Shown: piece after piece, positions 37,960 to 47,545 of the stretch | Layout: every line of letters starts with the position of its first letter | Position numbering within the stretch: position 1 is the first letter of the stretch | From: Omnitrophica bacterium GWA2_41_15 | Lineage (GTDB): Bacteria > Omnitrophota > Gorgyraeia > Gygaellales > Profunditerraquicolaceae | Reading direction: 5' to 3' | NCBI GenBank assembly: GCA_919902045.1 | Contig: CAKKSP010000021.1 | Coordinates: 1-61,754 of the forward strand | DNA length: 61,754 nt | The notes under the pieces: generated by a model | Database searches by the model: none | Told to the model about the DNA's origin: nothing | What the model saw: only the letters and a program-made list of their open reading frames with translations | Program-made: the position numbers and the translations under genes

Positions 37960-39192
37960 TTACGGAGACATTGTAAATATTTTACGGGCAATGTCGGGAT
38001 ATTTAGCGATAAATTTCAACTCTTCATCAACCAGCGGCTTCTGATTATGGACATTGGCATAACGCACTAGCTCTAATATCTCTGCTGCCTCTAATTCGTT
38101 CTTAAAAATAATTTCGAGCTTATCGTAGACATTACGAAAACCCTTGATACCGGAATATTCCCCTACGGTGATTTTACGCCCGGTTTCAATGATATCGGGT
38201 TCTCCGCGGCCAAGCTCTTCATAATCATAAAGCTCATAGTTTCTGCGGTCCTTAAGCGCTCCGTCGGCATGAATGCCTGATTCATGTGCAAAGGCATTAG
38301 CTCCAACTCCCGGTTGATTTATTGGAACAGGAATACCAAAGGCATATGAAGCGTATTTTGAAATCTTCCATGCTGTCTTAAGACTGACCTTACTATCTAA
38401 ATAATTTGGAAATCCGCTTCCATATTTAATAGCCAGAATTACTGAAACCAGATCCGCATTTCCTGCCCGTTCACCCATTCCATTTACACAAGTGTTGATA
38501 TAAGTATCTACTCCTGCCTCAACAGCGGCTTTTGCCCCGGCAATGGAATTAGCTACCGCAAGCCCTAAATCATTGTGCGAATGAATTTCAATGGGGATTT
38601 TTACAGCTTCTGCCAATACCTTAATACGCTCATAAATGGAAAATGGCGTATCGCAGCCAAGAGTATCACAATATCGGACCCGGTCAGCGCCTGCATTTTT
38701 TGCCGCGCCAGAAAACTCAACCAAATAATCCATATTTGTGCGCGAAGCATCCTCGGCATTAACACCTATACTTTCTGTTCCATGTTTACGCGCAAGCTTA
38801 ACTGCTTCCTGCATCTCCTTGATTATAGAAGCGTGATCAAGTTTTCCTTTAAACTTATGCATAATCATCTGATCAGATGTAGATATAGAAAGATTAAGAT
38901 GTTTAATCTTTGGAACAAACTTATAAGCAGTAGAAACATCCTCTGTAGTTGCGCGCAACCAACCTCCCAATCTAATTGAAGAAAGAGCCCCTTGCTCAAC
39001 TAATTCCAGGTTTGCGTTAAGATAATTAGTTTCATGCCGGGTTACCGGGAAACCAAACTCCGACTGAAAAACACCAATCTCATTTAAATAAATATTGAGC
39101 ATGGTCTTTTCAAGCTTTGAAAGGCAGATACGCGAAGTCTGCACTCCGTCACGATTGGTTACATCAACAAGATAAATTGTAGGTTTTGACAT
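37960..39192 (-). CDS. HMGL-like (pyruvate carboxyltransferase) family synthase, homocitrate/citramalate/isopropylmalate synthase-like
   Basis: DVTNRDGVQ (a variant of the usual LRDGEQ), IEIHSHNDLGLAVANS, GMGERAGNA. Start placed at ATG 39190-39192, preceded by GAGGTG. Confidence 0.65.
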   Translation of the reverse strand: MSKPTIYLVDVTNRDGVQTSRICLSKLEKTMLNIYLNEIGVFQSEFGFPVTRHETNYLNANLELVEQGALSSIRLGGWLRATTEDVSTAYKFVPKIKHLNLSISTSDQMIMHKFKGKLDHASIIKEMQEAVKLARKHGTESIGVNAEDASRTNMDYLVEFSGAAKNAGADRVRYCDTLGCDTPFSIYERIKVLAEAVKIPIEIHSHNDLGLAVANSIAGAKAAVEAGVDTYINTCVNGMGERAGNADLVSVILAIKYGSGFPNYLDSKVSLKTAWKISKYASYAFGIPVPINQPGVGANAFAHESGIHADGALKDRRNYELYDYEELGRGEPDIIETGRKITVGEYSGIKGFRNVYDKLEIIFKNELEAAEILELVRYANVHNQKPLVDEELKFIAKYPDIARKIFTMSP

Positions 39193-39218
39193 AATAGGCA
39201 CCTCACGAGTTAATAGTT

Positions 39219-41054
39219 TTAACGATTCTCAATCAACTTCTTAAAATCTTCCTGTTTGGGTATGCCTCTTGTGCCGAAAATCCGCTGATTTTCTAAAAGA
39301 TAAACTGGCCCTAACATAACTTTTAATTCTGAATTAAGACGAATATTTTCTTTTAAAAGAGTACTACCCTCTTCTCCTCTTGCGCAAGCTTTAATCAGAT
39401 CCTGGTTTACAATAGGTGCGCAGTCTTCCCACCAAGAATTATTGATATTCTTTTCCCGGCAGCTAATATAATCAAAAAAACTCTTCGGATAATATTTTTG
39501 TATACATAAAGCGCGCTCGTAATCCTGAATTTCTAGATCTCCATAAGAAGAGGTCAACTTACCATTTTCTTCCTTAGTAAGAAAATGAACAACAGGATTA
39601 AACGGCCTTAACGCCTCAAGTATGCCTAATGAATTCTTATCATATAAACTTAAAAAAACATCAACCTTCCCAGGAATTAACTGGCGGTCAATAAAATATG
39701 ATACCCCACCAAACTCCTCTTTAAGAAAATAGTAATTTTCCTTTTCAACTACTTTATCTTTAAAATTAGTAAAACCAACATCGTCTGAAAATTCTTTGTC
39801 AAACAGGAAAACCGGCAAAGACTTAGCAACAACTTCTTTTGCTAATTTTTTGGCTTCAGCTTGCGGATAATAAAGATATTTTACCTTGAGTCCTGGTATC
39901 TGCGCTTTAATTGCCTGCACAACAGAGCTGGCATCGCAAACTTTACAAACACGAGGCAGGACCACTTTTAATCCAATTTTGGGCGCTTCTTTAAATATAC
40001 ATTGCGCCTTAAGTGTGCCAGGATTAAGACAATTTACTGTCATTGCTTCTTTTTTACACTGCAGGTCAGAAAAACAACGCGGAAGAATATTTAATATCTG
40101 CGTATCATCGCTCGTTTTGTCTAGAAGGCGTATTTCTTCATACTGATAAGAAGAAATTTTTTTATCTTTCATGGAAAGCGTAAGCTTACATAGTTTCTTC
40201 CCTTGCCATGACGGATAACAAATAATAGTGTTACCGATATTACGAATATTGGAATCTTTTCTATGGCCGGTGTGCCCTGAAATAATTATATCAATACCAG
40301 GATTATCTTTTGCTAAACGTTCGTCTTCAATTTCGCCCAGATGGCTTAAAACTATAATGATATCCGCGCCATTTTCTTTTGCATCTAAAACAGCCTTTTG
40401 CACTGCAGCGTGAGGCTCATTTAAAATAAATCCCGTAGCTACGGCCTTTGCTTGAGGCATAACTACGCCTATCAATGCAAATTTTACCTCTCCGGCTTCT
40501 TTAATAATATACGATTTAAGATTTATTCTTTTATCTAAATTTCGGTAATCAATATTAGCGCAGACAAAATTAATACCGGGGTTGGACTTCATCTGCTCCT
40601 CAAGAAAAGTTTTACCAAAGTTAAACTCTTCATCTCCAAGGCCTACGGCATCATAGCGCATGATCTTCATCGCCTCTACCTGAACTCTTGTGCGCTCTTC
40701 GTCAAGCTCTACATTCTGTGCATATTCATCAAAAACTCCTCCTGCAAAAAATGCGCCGGAATCAATAAGCAAGGAGTGAGGATTTTTTTTACGCAGTTCC
40801 TTAATTAAAGTAGCTCGCCTACTAACCCCACCATCTGGTTGTATCGGACAAGTACAAGGATAAAGCATGGCGTGAGTTTCGCCGGTATATAGAATGTCGA
40901 TATTTTCAGCATAACAAGAGAATAGAAAACTTAATAAAAATATTATACTACTTATAGCCACCTTAGCGGATAGCGGATAGCGGATAGCGGATAATTTATA
41001 CGCTATACCCTCTACGCTACACGCTAAAAATTTTGTTTTTTTCTTTTTACTCAT
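39219..41054 (-). CDS. secreted calcineurin-like metallophosphatase / 5'-nucleotidase N-domain fused to thioredoxin/DsbA-like C-terminal region
   Basis: DILYTGETHAM, GDEEFNFG, LSHLG and ISGHTGH phosphoesterase motifs, then Cys-containing alpha/beta modules. The ATGA overlap with the serA stop supports the start at 41054. The N-terminal region contains a heptamer repeat. Confidence 0.6.
   Translation of the reverse strand: MSKKKKTKFLACSVEGIAYKLSAIRYPLSAKVAISSIIFLLSFLFSCYAENIDILYTGETHAMLYPCTCPIQPDGGVSRRATLIKELRKKNPHSLLIDSGAFFAGGVFDEYAQNVELDEERTRVQVEAMKIMRYDAVGLGDEEFNFGKTFLEEQMKSNPGINFVCANIDYRNLDKRINLKSYIIKEAGEVKFALIGVVMPQAKAVATGFILNEPHAAVQKAVLDAKENGADIIIVLSHLGEIEDERLAKDNPGIDIIISGHTGHRKDSNIRNIGNTIICYPSWQGKKLCKLTLSMKDKKISSYQYEEIRLLDKTSDDTQILNILPRCFSDLQCKKEAMTVNCLNPGTLKAQCIFKEAPKIGLKVVLPRVCKVCDASSVVQAIKAQIPGLKVKYLYYPQAEAKKLAKEVVAKSLPVFLFDKEFSDDVGFTNFKDKVVEKENYYFLKEEFGGVSYFIDRQLIPGKVDVFLSLYDKNSLGILEALRPFNPVVHFLTKEENGKLTSSYGDLEIQDYERALCIQKYYPKSFFDYISCREKNINNSWWEDCAPIVNQDLIKACARGEEGSTLLKENIRLNSELKVMLGPVYLLENQRIFGTRGIPKQEDFKKLIENR
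40965..40992. repeat. 4 x 7-bp tandem repeat (AGCGGAT)x4 inside the 5' end of the metallophosphatase gene
   Basis: Read directly. It is followed by TATACGCTATA words, the reverse complement of the ispG GCGTATA word. It lies between the basic n-region and the hydrophobic core of the signal peptide. Confidence 0.85.
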
Positions 41055-42637
41055 AACCTAATCACTTTCGCTGCTTTTACATTTTCTGTTTTCTGTATTT
41101 TTCCTAGTAATTCTGCATCAATAACGCTATCTACATTAAGAATAGTTAACGCCATACCTCCTGGCGCCAGGCGGCCAAAGGTCATTGCCGCAATATTTAC
41201 CTGATGCTTTCCCAAAATAGTCCCCAAGTTTCCTATAATTCCCGGCCGGTCAACATTGTTTACTACAATCATTTCTCCTTGAGGAGAAACTTCCATAGAA
41301 TATTCATCAATTTTTACAAGGCGCGGCTGTTTATTAGCAGAGAGCGTGCCAAATATTACGCGGGATTCTTTATCGGTTTTAAGCTCTACCCGCACAAGAT
41401 TCAAAAACTCTTCTTCACGATTAGATTTAACTTCCTGAATCTTAATCCCGCGCTCTTTTGCTAAACTTACAGCGTTAATAAAATTTACCGTTTCCTTTAA
41501 AATCGGAGAGAGCATCCCTTTAACTAAAGACATGGTTAACGGGCTTAAATCATGCTTAATAATTTCTCCGCTGTAAGTTATGGAAAGATCCTGGAATCTT
41601 CCTTCTGCTAACTGGCTTAAAAAACCCCCCATTTTTTCACAAAGATTTATATACGGCTCTAAGGTTTTACAAGCATCCGCCTCAAGGCAAGGGTAATTTG
41701 CGGCATTGCGTATCCCGCGGCCAAGAAGAGCGTCACGCACAATCTCCACTACTTCAATGGCAACGTTCACCTGGGCCTCTTCTGTTGATGCGCCAAGATG
41801 AGGGGTAACTACTACATTTTCAAATTTCAAAAGTTCATTATCAGCAGCCGGCGGCTCTTTTTCAAAAACATCGATAGCAGCTCCTGCAACTTTTCCTTCT
41901 TTAATTGCTTCTACTAAGGCTATCTCGTCAATAATCCCGCCGCGGGCGCAATTAATGATCCGTACGCCTTTTTTCATCAGCGCGAATTGATTACGCGAAA
42001 TCATATGCCGGGTATCATCAGTAAGCGGAGTATGCACGCTGATATAGTCCGCACTCTTAAAAAGCGCTTCAAGTTCAACTAATTCTATTCCCAGGCTTGC
42101 AGCATTTTCTCGCGATAAATAAGGATCATAGGCAATAACTTTAACCCCGAAAGATATAGCGCGTTTGGCCAATTCTTTTCCAATACGGCCAAAACCAACA
42201 ATCCCCAACACTTTTCCGTAAAGCTCAACCCCCATAAATTTAGAGCGTTTCCATTCACCGACCTTTGTCGATTGGCTTGCCTGAGGGATGTTGCGCGACA
42301 AAGAAAGCATCATACTTATCGTATGTTCAGCAGTAGATATAGTATTTCCACCCGGCGTATTCATGACAATGATTCCCTTTTGCGTTGCTGCTTCTAAATC
42401 TACATTATCAAGCCCCACACCTGCGCGGCCAATGACTTTAAGTTTATCTGCTGCGTTTATTATATCTTTTGTAACTTTAGTAGCGCTGCGCACAATTAAA
42501 GCATCATAATCCCTAATAATTTCTTTTAAAGCATCAGGCTTAAGATCTGTCTTAATATCAACCTGAAAATCTCCTACCTCTCTGAGTAACTTTATCCCTT
42601 CTTCTGACAAAGCATCGCTAATCAAGATTTTTTTCAT
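41051..42637 (-). CDS. serA: D-3-phosphoglycerate dehydrogenase (long form with ASB and ACT domains)
   Basis: 528 aa. GIVGFGRIGKELA NAD motif, HTPLT, ARGGIID, PHLGAST, and a C-terminal ACT-like domain. Confidence 0.95.
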   Translation of the reverse strand: MKKILISDALSEEGIKLLREVGDFQVDIKTDLKPDALKEIIRDYDALIVRSATKVTKDIINAADKLKVIGRAGVGLDNVDLEAATQKGIIVMNTPGGNTISTAEHTISMMLSLSRNIPQASQSTKVGEWKRSKFMGVELYGKVLGIVGFGRIGKELAKRAISFGVKVIAYDPYLSRENAASLGIELVELEALFKSADYISVHTPLTDDTRHMISRNQFALMKKGVRIINCARGGIIDEIALVEAIKEGKVAGAAIDVFEKEPPAADNELLKFENVVVTPHLGASTEEAQVNVAIEVVEIVRDALLGRGIRNAANYPCLEADACKTLEPYINLCEKMGGFLSQLAEGRFQDLSITYSGEIIKHDLSPLTMSLVKGMLSPILKETVNFINAVSLAKERGIKIQEVKSNREEEFLNLVRVELKTDKESRVIFGTLSANKQPRLVKIDEYSMEVSPQGEMIVVNNVDRPGIIGNLGTILGKHQVNIAAMTFGRLAPGGMALTILNVDSVIDAELLGKIQKTENVKAAKVIRL

Positions 42638-42645
42638 TTCGTCTC

Positions 42646-44022
42646 CTATTTATCTTTGCTGTATTCGTCATAAGTTTCTGCACTTATTAAACCCTGTTCA
42701 AAAAGCTTATCAATAGAATCCTGCATTAAATGCATTTTATATTTTGATCCGGTTTGAATTACCGACGGTAATTGCGTAAAATCTCCGCTACGAAGAATCC
42801 TTCGCACAGCGCTATTTGCCACGCACACTTCGGTAGCAAGAGCTCTTCCAACACCATCCTTATGCACTAAGAGCGTCTGAATAATTACAGCGCGCAAAGA
42901 ATGCGATAATCTTGAATATATAAAATCCCTTTGCGAAAACGGAAAAAAACTTATAATCCGGTCAAAAACCTGCACCGCATCAGTAGCATGCATAGAAGTT
43001 ATTACCAGATGGCCTGTTTCTGCAGCCTCAAGGACAGTTTCTACGCTGTCTGAATCCAGGATCTCTCCTACTACTATTACATCAGGATCCTGGCGCATAG
43101 CTGCTTTTAACCCCTGAGCAAAACTTTCCACGTCCGTACCAACTTCCCGCTGTTTAACTATGCTTTTAATATTTTTATGCATATACTCTATCGGTTTCTC
43201 TAAAGATAAAATAACTCCGGCTTTCCTACGATTTATAATATCTACCATCGTAGATATGGTAGTAGTTTTACCGGATCCGGTTGTCCCTCCGATAAAAATT
43301 ATACCGTCTTTAAACTGACAAAGATCTTCTATTATTTCCGGCAAACCCAATTCCTGCCTTCCCTTGATATTTGCAAGAATATTACGAAAAACTACCTCGG
43401 TTTTGCCGCGCTGTTTATAAATACTTACCCGGTAACGTGATTCAGAAGTAGGAGAAAACGCAAAATCTAAATCTTTTTCTACTTCAAAGCGCTTCTTCTG
43501 GGCATCGCTTAAAATACTATAAATCATCTGGCGGATCTGCTCTTCGGTAAGCGTATTTTCTTCAAGCGGCTTAATCTCTCCGCAATAACGCATCATAGGC
43601 GGAGACCCAACAGTCAGGTGCAAATCAGAAATATCTTTTAGTCTTCCTTTTTCAAGCAAGCGTAATATATCTATGCGTTCAATAGACTGACGAAGCTGCT
43701 CTTTTTGCCCTTCTAAAAGATCATTAAAATATACACCAATATTAAAACGTTCGGCGGATATTTTTTCAAGCCGCACTACTTTTGCGCCTATGGCCAGAGA
43801 TAATTCTTCAACTCCGGGAAGTTTGATGAAAATCTTAAGTTCTTCATCAATAGGAATTTGCTTAGGATTTTCAAATAGCATCCCGGAAGCACTGATGTTT
43901 TTTGTTATCGCTTCACAATTTTCAGAATCCTGCTTTAAAGCGTAAAAAAACTTAATCGCAAGAGGAACTCTGGGGGCTAAGCGCCTTTCATCAGGATTAC
44001 CAACTTCTTCTCTTATTTCCAT
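42646..44022 (-). CDS. PilZ domain fused to PilT/PilU-type (type IV pilus retraction-like) ATPase
   Basis: The N-terminus has RRLAPR ... NISASGM (PilZ RxxxR and D/NxSxxG motifs). The C-terminus has Walker A GGTTGSGKTTT, Walker B DVIVVGE, and HLVITSMHA. Start placed at ATG 44020-44022, preceded by AAAGAGG. Confidence 0.8.
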   Translation of the reverse strand: MEIREEVGNPDERRLAPRVPLAIKFFYALKQDSENCEAITKNISASGMLFENPKQIPIDEELKIFIKLPGVEELSLAIGAKVVRLEKISAERFNIGVYFNDLLEGQKEQLRQSIERIDILRLLEKGRLKDISDLHLTVGSPPMMRYCGEIKPLEENTLTEEQIRQMIYSILSDAQKKRFEVEKDLDFAFSPTSESRYRVSIYKQRGKTEVVFRNILANIKGRQELGLPEIIEDLCQFKDGIIFIGGTTGSGKTTTISTMVDIINRRKAGVILSLEKPIEYMHKNIKSIVKQREVGTDVESFAQGLKAAMRQDPDVIVVGEILDSDSVETVLEAAETGHLVITSMHATDAVQVFDRIISFFPFSQRDFIYSRLSHSLRAVIIQTLLVHKDGVGRALATEVCVANSAVRRILRSGDFTQLPSVIQTGSKYKMHLMQDSIDKLFEQGLISAETYDEYSKDK

Positions 44023-44038
44023 GCGGAGCCTCTTTAAT

Positions 44039-45178
44039 TCATTTAAGAAAAACTTCCTGCGCAGCACGCACTCCAGAACCAAAATTAAATTTATACCCCA
44101 TCTGAGTTAAAACTTTTTCAAGACAGGATAATCCGACGATAATATCAAACTCTTCAATAAAACCCATATGCGCGAAACGGAATACTTTTCCTTTAAGTTC
44201 GGATTGCCCTCCGGCAATAGTCACGCCAAATGTATCACGCATTGTTTTTACCAGCTTTTCTCCATCAAAGCCAACAGGGAGTTTAACCGCTGTTACAACA
44301 TCTGAATAAGCATCCGGAGCAAAAAGCTCTAAACCAAGCGCTTTCATCGCCGCGCGTGTTGCCTCCGCCATTTTACTGTGGCGTTTAAAGATATTCTCAA
44401 GGCCATCTTCTTTCATTATACGCAAACTCTCATTAAGCGCCATAACCAAAGTAATCGCGGGAGTAAACGGAGTATCAGTGCTTTTAAGCGCTTTCCTGGC
44501 TTCCTTCATATCAAAATAATATTTCGGGCATTTCGATTCTTCAGCTAACTTCCATGCTTTAGGGCTCAAAGAAATAAAAGCTAAGCCGGGAGGAAGCATC
44601 ATGCCTTTTTGTGAACCTGACACCACTACATCAATACCCCAGGCATCGGTTTTAAGATCTATTGCACCCAAACCGCTGATTGCGTCTACAACTAAAACGG
44701 TTTCTGTGTCTTTGGCCACTTTTCCTAACGCTTCTATATTTGTAGCCACACCGGTTGAAGTTTCACATAAAGTGGAAAATACCGCTTTAATTTTAACTTT
44801 AGAATTTTGGATTTTTGACTTAACCAAATCAGGGCTAACTGCCTTGCCCCATTCAACTGAAATTACTTCTGTATTTATCCCATAGGCTTTACATATTTCT
44901 GTCCAACGCTCTCCAAATTTTCCCGCTTCTATGGTAATTACGGTATCTCCGGGCGAAAGAAGATTGATTACTGCCGACTCCATTGCACCCGTGCCTGAAG
45001 AAGTAAGAATAAAGACGTCTTGTGTAGTCTGAAAGATATATTTTAATCCTTCAGTTGCTTCTTTTAATGCTGCCTGAAACTGCGGAGTGCGATGATGAAT
45101 TATAGGACGCGCCTGCGCTTCCATTACCTGCGGTGGAAGCGGAGTCGGCCCCGGTGTCAATAAATAGTTCTTTCTCAT
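44039..45178 (-). CDS. class V aminotransferase (serine-pyruvate / alanine-glyoxylate family; phosphoserine aminotransferase candidate)
   Basis: LLTPGPTPLP, SGTGAME, VVVSGSQKG (PLP lysine). A few genes upstream of serA in the same co-directional run. Confidence 0.8.
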   Translation of the reverse strand: MRKNYLLTPGPTPLPPQVMEAQARPIIHHRTPQFQAALKEATEGLKYIFQTTQDVFILTSSGTGAMESAVINLLSPGDTVITIEAGKFGERWTEICKAYGINTEVISVEWGKAVSPDLVKSKIQNSKVKIKAVFSTLCETSTGVATNIEALGKVAKDTETVLVVDAISGLGAIDLKTDAWGIDVVVSGSQKGMMLPPGLAFISLSPKAWKLAEESKCPKYYFDMKEARKALKSTDTPFTPAITLVMALNESLRIMKEDGLENIFKRHSKMAEATRAAMKALGLELFAPDAYSDVVTAVKLPVGFDGEKLVKTMRDTFGVTIAGGQSELKGKVFRFAHMGFIEEFDIIVGLSCLEKVLTQMGYKFNFGSGVRAAQEVFLK

Positions 45179-45195
45179 TAAAAACCTCCGTTTAT

Positions 45196-45798
45196 TTATT
45201 TATGCTTGGCAATCACTTCATCTACTAAACCGTATACCTTGGATTCTTCAGCAGACATAAAATAATCGCGATCAGTATCTTTAACGATCTTTTCGAGCGG
45301 CTGATTCGTATGCTTTGCGATAATTTGATTTAAATTATCCCGCAGTTTTAAAATCTCCTGGGCATGGCGGGAAATATCTTCTGCACTTCCCTGCACTCCC
45401 CCCCAAGGCTGGTGTATCATTACGCGCGAATTCGGTAAAACATAGCGTTTGCCTTTTGTGCCGGCGCATAATAGCACTGCCCCCATGCTTGCAGCTTGCC
45501 CCACACAATAAGTAGCTACTTCGGGTTTTAAAAACTGCATCGTATCATATATGGCAAGCCCTGCGGTTACCGAACCTCCGGGAGAATTAATATAAATGCA
45601 AATCTCTTTATTCGCGTCTTCCATCTGCAAAAAAAGCAGCTGGGCAATTATAAGATTAGCGACCATATCATCGATTGGGGTGCCGATAAAAATAATCCGG
45701 TCTTTTAACAGCCGTGAATAAATATCATAAGCACGCTCATAACCCCGGCTAGTTTGCTCGATTACCATCGGAACAAGTGTTTGGTTTTTTATACTCAT
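45196..45798 (-). CDS. clpP: ATP-dependent Clp protease proteolytic subunit
   Basis: [35 protein letters not shown]. Start placed at ATG 45796-45798, preceded by GGAGA. Confidence 0.95.
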   Translation of the reverse strand: MSIKNQTLVPMVIEQTSRGYERAYDIYSRLLKDRIIFIGTPIDDMVANLIIAQLLFLQMEDANKEICIYINSPGGSVTAGLAIYDTMQFLKPEVATYCVGQAASMGAVLLCAGTKGKRYVLPNSRVMIHQPWGGVQGSAEDISRHAQEILKLRDNLNQIIAKHTNQPLEKIVKDTDRDYFMSAEESKVYGLVDEVIAKHK

Positions 45799-45815
45799 AG
45801 TAATCTCCTTAAACG

Positions 45816-46694
45816 TTATGCTTCCTGTTCCCACTTCGCTTCCCTTAATAAAAATTCCATGACTTTGCGCGTCATATGCTCATCAAGCGGAATATTTTCT
45901 TTTTTAGCGACTTCTTGAAAAACTAAATAGACCTTTACCTGTTGAACCGCTTGCGGCTCTAGCTTTTCACGCAGCGTACTCTCTTCCTTTTTAATTTCTT
46001 CCGTAGGAATTCCTTTTAATGCCAGGTCCATCTTCGTCTGCCTGACCAAATCTCCAAGCTGCCTATTTACTATTGACTGTGGAATTTTAAAATTCAAATC
46101 TTTATTTAGCGCATCAACTACCATGGTTTCTGCTTTTTGCCTGCGCTGGTTATCCTTTTGCAAATACAATTGCGCCTCAAAAGTTTTCTCAAGATCGCGA
46201 AGTGCCGGATATCCTAAAGAACGCGCCACAGAATCATCAAGGTTCTCTAATTTACGCGACTCTTTTAAAGAATCAAGGCTGCGTTTAACTTCATCGGCAG
46301 TTACTTCTGTATTTTTATAAAGAATTTTTATGCCTTTGTAATTATTTAATTTAATCTCCGGAGCTATCTCCACCTTTGCTTTAAAAGTCAAGAGGCCGTT
46401 TTCAAGTTTTACATCAGAAACTTCCGGTAACTCAATTGCTGCAATGTTTTCTTTTTCAAGCGCCTGGTCATAAGCTTCAGGAATTAGCTCTTTAATTACC
46501 ATTTCCTGGGCATGGCCTGAAAAATTCTTTTCTAAAATATCTCTTGGGACATTACCCTGTCTAAAACCTTTAACCTTAGCTTCTTTGCTTAAACGGCCGA
46601 ATACATCAGTAAATTTATTTTTTACGGTTTCTGCCGGAACTTCAATAGTTAATTCCCGAGTTGATCCATCAATTTTTTTCACAGCTGTTTTCAT
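45816..46694 (-). CDS. tig: trigger factor lacking the central PPIase domain
   Basis: N-terminal ribosome-binding signature GFRQGNVP. The N-domain runs directly into C-domain-like sequence. Only 292 aa, against about 430 aa for canonical Tig. Sits upstream of clpP as usual. Confidence 0.75.
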   Translation of the reverse strand: MKTAVKKIDGSTRELTIEVPAETVKNKFTDVFGRLSKEAKVKGFRQGNVPRDILEKNFSGHAQEMVIKELIPEAYDQALEKENIAAIELPEVSDVKLENGLLTFKAKVEIAPEIKLNNYKGIKILYKNTEVTADEVKRSLDSLKESRKLENLDDSVARSLGYPALRDLEKTFEAQLYLQKDNQRRQKAETMVVDALNKDLNFKIPQSIVNRQLGDLVRQTKMDLALKGIPTEEIKKEESTLREKLEPQAVQQVKVYLVFQEVAKKENIPLDEHMTRKVMEFLLREAKWEQEA

Positions 46695-46734
46695 CTCTAA
46701 AAAACCTACCTTTCTATAGTTGATTTGTTAAATT

Positions 46735-46814
46735 AGGGACACTTCTTACAGGGACATCTCTTGACAGGCAAATTTACTTGTTAAGAGATGTCCCTAACGT
46801 TAAGAAGTGTCCCT
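46735..46814. repeat. nested double-palindrome intergenic repeat (about 80 bp)
   Basis: Same sequence as 17630-17708 except for one extra T in the loop. Lies between lptB and tig. Confidence 0.9.
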
Positions 46815-46822
46815 ACAATTTC

Positions 46823-47545
46823 TCACATACTAAACTTCTCACCCAAATAAAGCTCTCTTGCTTTAGGGTTATTAATCAGGTCACTGGCAGTGCCTGAAAT
46901 AAGGATAGTTCCTTCGGTTATCAAATAAGCGCGGTCTGTAATTGAAAGCGTTTCGCGCACGTTATGATCCGTCAAAAGAATCCCCAAGCCTCTCTCCCTA
47001 AGTTTACGTATAATTTCCTGGGCTTCATTAACCATTATCGGGTCAATTCCGGAGAATGGCTCATCTAAAAGAATAAACGATGGATTAGTCACAAGCGCCC
47101 TGCTTATTTCAAGCCGCCTACGCTCTCCTCCGGATAACGTATACGCTTTATTCTTTGCTAAACGGGTGATATTAAACTGTTCAAGCAAACTTTCCAAGCG
47201 GCGCTTTCTTTCCTGGCGGCTTATGGAAAGCGTCTCAAGTATTGCCATAATATTATCCTCGACGCTAAGCTTACGGAAAATTGACGGTTCCTGAGACAGA
47301 TAGCTTATTCCAAAACGGCAACGGCCATGTATAGGAAGCTTAGTGATATCTTCGTTATCAAAAGTAATCGTCCCCTGATCAGGGGGAATAATACCGACTA
47401 CCATATAAAAAGTAGTAGTCTTACCGGCGCCATTGGGCCCGAGCAATCCTACGATTTCACCGCGCTTGACAGTCATATCAATTCCTTTAACTACCTGCCT
47501 GCCGGCATAGCTTTTACGCAGATCCTTAATTTCTAGAAGATGCAT
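46823..47545 (-). CDS. lptB: LPS export ABC transporter ATP-binding protein
   Basis: [30 protein letters not shown]; 240 aa; downstream of the lptA-like gene. Confidence 0.9.
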   Translation of the reverse strand: MHLLEIKDLRKSYAGRQVVKGIDMTVKRGEIVGLLGPNGAGKTTTFYMVVGIIPPDQGTITFDNEDITKLPIHGRCRFGISYLSQEPSIFRKLSVEDNIMAILETLSISRQERKRRLESLLEQFNITRLAKNKAYTLSGGERRRLEISRALVTNPSFILLDEPFSGIDPIMVNEAQEIIRKLRERGLGILLTDHNVRETLSITDRAYLITEGTILISGTASDLINNPKARELYLGEKFSM

